From Candidatus Saccharimonadales bacterium (GTDB taxonomy: Bacteria; Patescibacteriota; Saccharimonadia; Saccharimonadales; JACDBH01): a DNA stretch of 64,000 bases. A model generated the notes under the pieces. That model made no database searches and had not been told where the DNA came from. It was given only the letters and a program-made list of their open reading frames with translations. The DNA lies in NCBI GenBank assembly GCA_041752595.1, contig JBGSWE010000006.1:2259-66258 (forward strand), read 5' to 3'. Shown one piece after another: positions 5,822 to 13,507 of this stretch. Position 1 is the stretch's first letter. Each line of letters starts with the position of its first letter. The position numbers were made by a program, and so were the translations under genes.

Positions 5822-8668
5822 ATGAACCGTATAAAAAAACTTGGGCTAGGTCTGTTCACGTTAAGTTTATTGTTTTCGCTGCTATCTTTAGTCGCTCCTA
5901 ATAAAACTTACGCCCAGGCCGGAGCTGGCGCATGGGTGGATGCCGGCCATATTACGAGTGGAGGGGTTACATACATTGACGTCAATCCTTTTGACGACAC
6001 CTGGAGCTACAGAGCTAGTGGCATTCAGGGAGGCTGTACAAGTGTTATTGAGGGCTTCGATAGTGGTGGAGGAAGAAACCCATTTTCACAAGATGGCTTT
6101 CTTAGCAGCGCAACTATAACTATTGCTGTGCAAGATGTAGTTAATGATAGATGTGATAGAACCTCCCAAACTATTCAACTTTCTAGCGCAAACCCAAATC
6201 AAAAGATAGGATTTAATTGGGTTGATGGTGGAACAATACAAAGCCCTATAGATGGCTCTAGTTATGTCCAAGACGCTACCAATACTAGCTTATTCATAGC
6301 AGAAACAGAAGGTAATTGTCGTAGTACGGTCACGGTTGTTGGAAATACAAGTGCAATATTTATAGGAAGGACTAATGCTCTTGGCGATTGTCAAGAACTT
6401 GGAAGATACGACGCCAACATTGGCCAACCAGCAAATCGCGCCTTAGCTGCTGGATCGGGCACACCGACAGGTGGCCCAGATGATGCAGCGGCCGTTGATG
6501 ATAATAGCTGTGAAAGCAAAAGCGGGGTAATGGGGTGGATACTTTGCCCTGTAATTACAGCTCTTGATGGCTTGTTTAACTGGATAGATACCCAGATACA
6601 AGCACTTTTAGAAATAGATGAATCCCGCTACACTGACGAGAACCTAAAACGAGCCTGGTCAAATATTCGTAATATCGCCTACCTAATCCTGATACCCATT
6701 ATGTTGGTTATGGTTATAGGTACTGCGCTTGGTTTTGAAATTTTTAGTGCCTATACAATCAAAAGGGCCTTGCCGCGCATGGTAATAGCGGTCATATTTA
6801 TTACACTTTCTTGGTACATAGTTACGTTTTTGATTGGACTATCAAACGTCGTTGGTACGGGTACTCTTGGGATAATTACAGCACCTTTTAGATCTATTCA
6901 GCCGGCAGCATGTCAAGATGGTCCATTAACACTAAGTTGTTTATTTAGTGCTCCGGGTTATAGCGACGGTGTAGGTGGTGGAGACATTTTACAATCAATT
7001 CTTTTACTTCCGCAGGCGGCGGCAGGAATAATTGGACTGGTCGTATTCTTGATTTTATATGGAGGAATGCTAATTATTGCGATTGGTGCAGGATTTCTTG
7101 TGTTGCTTGCCAGGCAGTTATTCCTGTTGGCGCTTATATTAGTTGCACCACTGGCAATTCTGGCTTGGATATTTCCTGGTAACGACGGTTTATGGAAGGC
7201 TTGGTGGAGCGTCCTGTCTAAGCTTCTTTTGATGTTCCCTTTAATCATGTTATTGATTGGTGTTGGTCGTATTTTTGCATTAATTATTAACGAGGCAGGA
7301 GGCGGAGGCTTAGAGGGAACACTTCTTAATCCTATCCTGAAGCTAGGGGCATACATACTACCCTACGCAGCCATACCTTTGACGTTTAAATTCGCTGGAG
7401 GATTGTTTGGCAACTTAGCAGGTGTTGTTAATAACAAAGAAAAGGGTCTCTTCGACCGTTACAGAAACTTACGAAATGCAGGTCTCAAAAAAGGTAATGA
7501 ATCATTGATGGATAGCAAGGGTAGATTCGGCTCAAATGATAGTAAGGTGGGTAATTCATACCGTAGAGCGGCAAGCTTTGGTAGACGAGGAAGCTTGAGC
7601 CCGTTTGCGGGTGGTAAGGCTAGGTGGCAAGATTACAATGAGCTTCACAGAGATAAAACAGCTGACGGCATGATTGAAGAAGGTGGTCAGCGAGGATTTA
7701 ATGATGATGACGCTTCAGATCTAGCAGCTAGAGGTTATGGCAGGAATGAATTTATTGAAAGATATCAGTTCCAGCAAGATCGTGATGGCAATTATGCAAC
7801 CGACGCAAGTGGAAATAGAGTGCGCAGGCATTCACTTCAAGAGGCTCAAGCAGCATTAGCAAGAACAGAGCAAGCAGTAGGAGCGAGAGTTGGAAGTTCG
7901 TCAATGACCGTTGCAGCACAGAAATTCCGTACCTCTATGACAAATACCGCCTACGAAGCAGGACCAGAGGGTCTAGAAGCTCTCCAGCGAGACCTCGTAA
8001 GATTACAAGGCCAGGGGCTAGTCACGGCTGTTGATGCTGCAGGATGGATGAAGGCAAACCGTGGTAGAGCAGACTATAGTGCGAATAGTTTTGGTGACAC
8101 AGTAGCTTTTGCAGCCGGCCAAAGACAAGACGGAACAGCATATACAGCAGATATGCAACTTGCAGGAGCCTTCAAAGGGGCTGATCCTCGAGAAGTTGTT
8201 GGCGGACATCAGCGAGCACTCGAATCATTTTCCATACAAGCTCAACGAAACCTGGATAGCGCACTACAATCTGGGAGCCAAGCTGAGACAGATAAGGCAC
8301 TTGCCGATGTTGCAAACGTATACGATATGCTAAGTAATGTATCTCCTAAAAAAGGAAATGAATTTGCCGACCGGGTCATGTCTCAAGGCGTCATACAAGT
8401 ACCTGTATGGGATTCTTCGGGTGAACGTATTGATGCATCTGGCAATCGAGTTGAAATCATTGATGCATCTGGCAATCGAGTTGCGAACACAGCTGCAGGT
8501 CCACCAGCATATCGTAAGGTTAATACCACTGTGAGAGAAATAATGAATGAAGCCAAGAACCGTCCTGCAGGGCCCAATGGTCAACAAACATTCCTCGATC
8601 GCAGACGTGAATTTAGCCAAGCAGAAAGACAGCAAAGAGAAGCTCAGGGCGCACCCGAAGAAAGTTAG
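5822..8668 (+). CDS. VirB6/TrbL-like polytopic T4SS membrane protein (948 aa) with Cys-rich ectodomain and long charged tail
   Basis: Signal peptide, a Cys-containing N-terminal domain of about 230 aa, a cluster of hydrophobic helices at roughly aa 280-530, then a hydrophilic C-terminal half. The assignment rests on position and topology, not on a diagnostic motif. Confidence 0.55.
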   Translation: MNRIKKLGLGLFTLSLLFSLLSLVAPNKTYAQAGAGAWVDAGHITSGGVTYIDVNPFDDTWSYRASGIQGGCTSVIEGFDSGGGRNPFSQDGFLSSATITIAVQDVVNDRCDRTSQTIQLSSANPNQKIGFNWVDGGTIQSPIDGSSYVQDATNTSLFIAETEGNCRSTVTVVGNTSAIFIGRTNALGDCQELGRYDANIGQPANRALAAGSGTPTGGPDDAAAVDDNSCESKSGVMGWILCPVITALDGLFNWIDTQIQALLEIDESRYTDENLKRAWSNIRNIAYLILIPIMLVMVIGTALGFEIFSAYTIKRALPRMVIAVIFITLSWYIVTFLIGLSNVVGTGTLGIITAPFRSIQPAACQDGPLTLSCLFSAPGYSDGVGGGDILQSILLLPQAAAGIIGLVVFLILYGGMLIIAIGAGFLVLLARQLFLLALILVAPLAILAWIFPGNDGLWKAWWSVLSKLLLMFPLIMLLIGVGRIFALIINEAGGGGLEGTLLNPILKLGAYILPYAAIPLTFKFAGGLFGNLAGVVNNKEKGLFDRYRNLRNAGLKKGNESLMDSKGRFGSNDSKVGNSYRRAASFGRRGSLSPFAGGKARWQDYNELHRDKTADGMIEEGGQRGFNDDDASDLAARGYGRNEFIERYQFQQDRDGNYATDASGNRVRRHSLQEAQAALARTEQAVGARVGSSSMTVAAQKFRTSMTNTAYEAGPEGLEALQRDLVRLQGQGLVTAVDAAGWMKANRGRADYSANSFGDTVAFAAGQRQDGTAYTADMQLAGAFKGADPREVVGGHQRALESFSIQAQRNLDSALQSGSQAETDKALADVANVYDMLSNVSPKKGNEFADRVMSQGVIQVPVWDSSGERIDASGNRVEIIDASGNRVANTAAGPPAYRKVNTTVREIMNEAKNRPAGPNGQQTFLDRRREFSQAERQQREAQGAPEES
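8429..8483 (+). repeat. in-frame tandem duplication (30-bp period) inside the VirB6-like tail
   Basis: attgatgcatctggcaatcgagttg at 8429-8453 and again at 8459-8483. It encodes IDASGNRVE-IIDASGNRVA. Confidence 0.9.
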
Positions 8669-8762
8669 AAAGTTTATAATATTGCATATTAGCGTATAAT
8701 ACAAAAGTATTTAGATGCTGTTGTGTTTAGGTATGTTCTTCCCTACGACAAAGGAGTTGGCA

Positions 8763-9179
8763 GTGACAGAAAGCGATAGTGCTACGGGTTTTGCTGCGTT
8801 TGGCTTTGCATCAATCGTTTTTACCTTGGTGTTTGGTATAGGTTTTGTGTTAACAGTAGTTCTGGCAAATCTTGTACATGCTTCATTTGATAATGATACA
8901 GTTCAGGTCTTTGCTGTGATTGGTGGATTACTGTTGGCATTTTGTGGACTACTACTCGGCCTGGTTATTTCATCGAAAAGCTACGAATATTTTAAAGTAA
9001 GAGTAGAAAACAGCTTGGCAGAAAAAACACTTGGATTATCTGTAGTAGTACTAGTTTTCGGAGTCTTTGCAGCTGCAATTTTTGCAGCCTTTGCACTCTA
9101 TGTTATGGTTATGATTGCAATAGTTGTAGCTGTGTTCTTGGTCTTCGTGCTGTTACTAGGTGCGTTGTTCGGAGCCTAG
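8763..9179 (+). CDS. small multi-TM membrane protein, function unknown
   Basis: Four hydrophobic segments. GTG at 8763 is preceded by AAGGAG (8751-8756). The track ORF starts at 8715. Confidence 0.5.
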   Translation: MTESDSATGFAAFGFASIVFTLVFGIGFVLTVVLANLVHASFDNDTVQVFAVIGGLLLAFCGLLLGLVISSKSYEYFKVRVENSLAEKTLGLSVVVLVFGVFAAAIFAAFALYVMVMIAIVVAVFLVFVLLLGALFGA

Positions 9180-9273
9180 TGCTACCTCAGTGGGCTAACT
9201 TTATTAGTCAAAAACCGGGAAATACCCGTCGGGTAAGCTTTTTGGATTTTATTCAAAATAACTTTCTTACCCG

Positions 9274-9313
9274 CAATACCCAAGTCTACAAAAAATTGTA
9301 GCTTTGGGTATTG
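9274..9313 (+). other. long imperfect stem-loop in the 205-bp intra-operon gap
   Basis: caatacccaagtctaca (9274-9290) pairs with tgtagctttgggtattg (9297-9313). A second stem cgggtaag (9230-9237) / cttacccg (9266-9273) lies immediately upstream. Confidence 0.5.
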
Positions 9314-9384
9314 TAATAAATATCATCAATAAGCTTAAGAGTCTTTATCTGTACATAGATGAGTAGTATACTAATGAGTAAATT

Positions 9385-10599
9385 ATGGCAACGTACAAGG
9401 TACTTCAAGACATTGAGGCTGATGATAAGTTATTAGGCCCACTCTCGCTCAAGCAGTTTATATTTGCAGCGATGTTTGTTGGTATCGGCGTAGCGATGTT
9501 TTTTATTGCTACCAGCCCAGCGCCAACATTTCTTAAGGCACCACTAATAGTTGTGTTATTTTTCCCAATGCTTTTAACCGGCTTTTTGGCGGCACCGATT
9601 AGCCGCGACCAGCCAAATGAAATTTGGCTACTGGCGAGGATTAGTTTTATGTTTAGACCACGCAAACGCATCTGGAACCAAGACGGTGTAAAAGAACTTG
9701 TAACAGTCACCGCACCAAAAAAAATTGTACATATATACACAAACAATTTATCTCAGTCAGAAGTTAGGAGCAGACTACAAGCGCTAGCTAATACTGTTGA
9801 TAGTCGTGGGTGGGCGGTCAAAAACGTTAACACTAATCTTTTTGCACAACCAGGCTACGCTGTTGATGGCGCTACTTCGGACAGATTAATATCGCCAATG
9901 TCTTTGCCCCAAGAGGTTTCAATTACAGACGTGACTGAGTCAGATGACATGCTTGATATCGCCAATAATTCTACAGCTGCACACCTAGATCAATTAGTTC
10001 AAGAATCTACTGCCGCTCAACGCCAACATGCATTATCGGCCATGAAACCAGCCGACCCCAAGGCCCAACCAACACCTAACGATTATTGGTTTATGAACCA
10101 GGCTGGGCCAACCCCGCAAATGCCTATGCCGACAGATTATTCAGTGTTCCAGGGTCAGCAAGTTGTGGCGCCCGGTACCGATGATTTGCAACCAACTGCA
10201 GAAGCCACCGCCGAAGAACAAGCACTAGTAAAAAAGATTGCTGCGGATAAGAAAGAGGCAAAATCTCATATCAAGGACCATATGCGTGTTTTGCAACCGA
10301 TTCATGATCATGACGGTAATCTTATCGACGCCGAAGAGCCTGAGCCAGAACCAAAACTTAACGAAGTAGATCCATATTTAGCTATGGCGGGCTTTGTTCC
10401 AAACAATCCAGTTCCTGTAGCACCAGTTCCGGTGGCAATAGATAATTCCGAACTACAAGATAAAACCCAGGTACCTGCAACCCCTAATCCTGCTATAATG
10501 GGGCTTGCTAGTAATGATGATTTAAACATTGCAACAATCGCCCGACAAGCAAAGCGCATCAGCGAAGAAGACGGCGAGGTTGTAATATCATTGCATTAA
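9385..10599 (+). CDS. PrgI/VirB3-like T4SS membrane protein with long Pro-rich C-terminal region
   Basis: The N-terminus YKVLQDIEADDKLLGPLSLKQFIFAAMFVGIGVAMFF followed by a second TM resembles the Gram-positive PrgI-family signature. It lies upstream of virB4, as VirB3 does in canonical systems. Confidence 0.55.
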   Translation: MATYKVLQDIEADDKLLGPLSLKQFIFAAMFVGIGVAMFFIATSPAPTFLKAPLIVVLFFPMLLTGFLAAPISRDQPNEIWLLARISFMFRPRKRIWNQDGVKELVTVTAPKKIVHIYTNNLSQSEVRSRLQALANTVDSRGWAVKNVNTNLFAQPGYAVDGATSDRLISPMSLPQEVSITDVTESDDMLDIANNSTAAHLDQLVQESTAAQRQHALSAMKPADPKAQPTPNDYWFMNQAGPTPQMPMPTDYSVFQGQQVVAPGTDDLQPTAEATAEEQALVKKIAADKKEAKSHIKDHMRVLQPIHDHDGNLIDAEEPEPEPKLNEVDPYLAMAGFVPNNPVPVAPVPVAIDNSELQDKTQVPATPNPAIMGLASNDDLNIATIARQAKRISEEDGEVVISLH

Positions 10600-10622
10600 A
10601 ACAAAGGGTGGGGAACTGCTAA

Positions 10623-11489
10623 ATGGATCCTAATAATCCAAATATGGCTTATGGCGCAACACAGGGAATGCAACCTGGGGTATCCTCGCAGCCTACAATG
10701 GGCACAACTGGCCAGCCTGGTGTACCAGGCATGAGCGTTACTCCGGTACCCCTAACAAACCCCAACAGTACCCAGAACACCTTACAGATTGCGGAAATTA
10801 GGGATGGCATCGTAATTATGAACGATGGCTCGTTTAGGTCTGTGCTGATGCTAAAAAGCGTTAACTTTGATCTGATGAGCCCACAAGAACGCGAAGGTGT
10901 AGAGTTTTCTTATCAAGGATTCTTAAATTCGCTATATTTTCCTATACAAATACTAGTGCGCTCGCAAAAAGTAGATATGCGACCATACCTAGAAAAACTC
11001 GACAAAATCCGCTCCGAACATGATAATATGCTGCTCGCGCTACTCATGGAAGATTATATTGATTTTATGAGTAATATTACCCAGCAAACAAACATTATGG
11101 ACAAGCGATTTTATGTGGTAATTCCATTTATTCCAACCTCTCTTGATGCGCAGAAGGCAGTAGAAGCCAGTAAGAACTTCTTGGGCAACCTTATGGGGGC
11201 GTTCCAAGGGGCAAAAGAACAACATGTTGTTATAAACGAATCTGAGCTTGAAGCCGCTAAGACCGAGCTAAGAAACCGTGTCCAGGCAGCTCTTGCCGGA
11301 CTTATGCAGTGCGGCGTACAGGGTTTGCCACTAGATACCCAGGAGTTAATTGAGCTTTATTATGACGCATATAATCCGGATACGGCTACCAGACAACAGC
11401 TTAAGAATTTTGGCGACCTAACCGCTCCCGTTATTACCAAGGGTGAGGGCGAAGCAGTTCAACCAAACTTAGAGAGAGAGCTGCTATGA
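10623..11489 (+). CDS. T4SS-associated protein resembling the N-terminal domain of Gram-positive VirB4 (ConE/Orf16-type) ATPases, without an ATPase domain
   Basis: A disordered Pro/Gly/Gln N-terminus, then LQIAEIRDGIVIMNDGSFRSVLMLKSVNFDLMSPQEREGVEFSYQGFLNSLYFPIQILV. This matches, from memory, the start of conjugative VirB4-like ATPases. No Walker motifs. Confidence 0.4.
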   Translation: MDPNNPNMAYGATQGMQPGVSSQPTMGTTGQPGVPGMSVTPVPLTNPNSTQNTLQIAEIRDGIVIMNDGSFRSVLMLKSVNFDLMSPQEREGVEFSYQGFLNSLYFPIQILVRSQKVDMRPYLEKLDKIRSEHDNMLLALLMEDYIDFMSNITQQTNIMDKRFYVVIPFIPTSLDAQKAVEASKNFLGNLMGAFQGAKEQHVVINESELEAAKTELRNRVQAALAGLMQCGVQGLPLDTQELIELYYDAYNPDTATRQQLKNFGDLTAPVITKGEGEAVQPNLERELL

Positions 11490-11587
11490 GCAAGTTTTCG
11501 TCTATCCCTTATTTCAACAGGGCTTTGCTGCCATCTTTGAAAATTGTTAATTGTGAATTGTTAATTGCTCCTGAAAGGATCGTCTGA
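11486..11587 (+). CDS. candidate 33-aa coupling ORF bridging two T4SS genes
   Basis: ATG 11486 overlaps the upstream stop (ATGA) and its TGA (11585-11587) overlaps the virB4 ATG (TGATG). Peptide: MSKFSSIPYFNRALLPSLKIVNCELLIAPERIV. It is below the ORF-track size cutoff. Confidence 0.25.
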   Translation: MSKFSSIPYFNRALLPSLKIVNCELLIAPERIV

Positions 11588-13497
11588 TGGCTTTTGGTAA
11601 GAAACAACTCCAGATAGATCCAGTTGCACAAGCACAGGCCCAGAGAATGCGCGAAGAAGCAGAGGTTAGTGCTGCTTTTCAAAAGGGTGTTGGCGCATTA
11701 CGTGATTTTATTGCTCCATCATCAATTGAATTCCAGAGTAGCCATTTCCGAATTGGTACCAGATACGCAAGGACTTATTACGTCTATGGTTACCCAAGAC
11801 AAATTTTTACAGGCTGGCTAAGCAGTATGGTTAATATTGACGAAGTCATAGACCTTAGCATGTACATATACCCTGTCGAAAGCCAAGTTGTATTAGAAAA
11901 CTTACGCAAAAAAGTAACACAGCTCGAGGCTGGCGTACAGATAGATGCCGAAAAAGGTAGAATAAGGGACCCCGGCAAGCAAGCGGCGATAATAGATGCT
12001 GAAGAAATGCGCGACAAGTTGCAGGTGGGCGAGGAAAGATTCTTCCGATTCGGATTATACTTTACTTTGTACGGTAATAGTCTCGAGGAGCTTGAGTTTG
12101 TTAGTCATAAAGTGGAGTCGATGCTTGGTCAACAACTAGTTTATAGCAAGCCTGCCACAGCCCAGCAAGAGCAAGGACTCAACAGTACGATTCCTCAATT
12201 TACAGATCAGTTACAAATTAGACGCAACATGAACACTGGCGCGCTTAGTACAACATTCCCGTTCACTAGTGCTGATCTTAGCCAAGATAACGGCATTTTG
12301 TATGGCATCAATATGCATAACTCTGGACTAGTTATTTTTGATAGGTTCAGCCTAGAAAACGGCAACTCGGTTGTGTTTGCAAAATCCGGAGCTGGTAAAA
12401 GCTTTACTGTAAAACTTGAGGCGCTAAGGTCGCTAATGTTTGGTACCGAAATTTTTATTATCGATCCAGAAAACGAATACCAGCGCATGGCCGAGGCGGT
12501 TGGTGGAGCCTATGTACGACTAAGCCTGAACAGTAATACCCGTATTAATCCGTTTGATTTGCCCCAGGTTGTCGATGCAGAAGAAGCCGATAATGCACTT
12601 AGAAGTAACTTAATTACTCTTCATGGTCTATTAAGATTAATGATGGGTGGCGCTCAGGCGCAAATGCAGAGTCAGGGCGGGGCAATAACGCCGGCACTTA
12701 CTCCTGTTGAGGAGTCCGACCTGGATGCAGCCCTTATCGAAACCTACGCTAGAGCTGGCATCACAAACGATCCATTAACTCACCAGTCGCCGCCGCCAAC
12801 AATTTCTGATCTTTATGACGTGTTACTTCATATGGGTAATACTGGCCCTCAGCTAGCCCAAAGACTACGTAAGTATACTAGCGGTACCTTTGCTGGTATT
12901 TTTAGCCAGCAGAGTAATATTAATATCAACAACCCGATGGTAGTTTTTAATATTCGCGATCTAGAGGATGAGCTAAGACCAGTTGCTATGTATATTGTAC
13001 TTAATTATATATGGAACAAAACCAAGAGTGATAAACGCAGACGCATCTTGATAGTTGATGAAGCTTGGCAACTCATGAAGTACGAAGATTCGGCTAACTT
13101 TTTGTTTAGTCTTGCCAAGCGGGCTCGCAAATACAACCTGGGAATAACTACAATAACTCAAGATGTTGAAGATTTTATGGGCAGTAGAATGGGCCGAGCT
13201 ATTGTAGCTAACGCTAGTATGCAGATACTGCTCAAACAGTCGGCCTCTGCTGTTGATGTACTTAGTTCGGTGTTTAAACTTACTAGCGAAGAACAAAAAC
13301 GCCTAAGCCAGTTCCCGGTTGGGCAGGGCTTGTTCTTTGCTGGCCAAAACCATGTCCATATACAAATTATTGCCAGCCAAACAGAGACTGGACTCATAAC
13401 AACCAACCCTCAACAAGTTGCCTCAATCGAAGCTGGCGAAATTAATCAGCCACAAGGTACAATAGACCTAGATAATAGGTTAGCCCCGGGAATGTAA
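11587..13497 (+). CDS. virB4: VirB4/TrbE/CagE-family T4SS ATPase
   Basis: Walker A FAKSGAGKSFTVK, Walker B RRILIVDEAWQLM, and a VirB4-type N-domain (IAPSSIEFQSSHFRIGTRYARTYYVYGYPRQIFTGWL). Confidence 0.85.
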   Translation: MAFGKKQLQIDPVAQAQAQRMREEAEVSAAFQKGVGALRDFIAPSSIEFQSSHFRIGTRYARTYYVYGYPRQIFTGWLSSMVNIDEVIDLSMYIYPVESQVVLENLRKKVTQLEAGVQIDAEKGRIRDPGKQAAIIDAEEMRDKLQVGEERFFRFGLYFTLYGNSLEELEFVSHKVESMLGQQLVYSKPATAQQEQGLNSTIPQFTDQLQIRRNMNTGALSTTFPFTSADLSQDNGILYGINMHNSGLVIFDRFSLENGNSVVFAKSGAGKSFTVKLEALRSLMFGTEIFIIDPENEYQRMAEAVGGAYVRLSLNSNTRINPFDLPQVVDAEEADNALRSNLITLHGLLRLMMGGAQAQMQSQGGAITPALTPVEESDLDAALIETYARAGITNDPLTHQSPPPTISDLYDVLLHMGNTGPQLAQRLRKYTSGTFAGIFSQQSNININNPMVVFNIRDLEDELRPVAMYIVLNYIWNKTKSDKRRRILIVDEAWQLMKYEDSANFLFSLAKRARKYNLGITTITQDVEDFMGSRMGRAIVANASMQILLKQSASAVDVLSSVFKLTSEEQKRLSQFPVGQGLFFAGQNHVHIQIIASQTETGLITTNPQQVASIEAGEINQPQGTIDLDNRLAPGM

Positions 13498-13507
13498 CAA
13501 AAATACC

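Noticed and set aside
6958-7356. Long antisense ORFs inside large genes: 6958..7356, 9405..9746, 10308..10559, 36023..36442 and 49127..49828.
   Set aside because: Each lies fully within a longer opposite-strand gene that has clear motif support (VirB6-like TM region, PrgI-like protein, ATP-grasp, ugd). Their compositions are typical of antisense frames.
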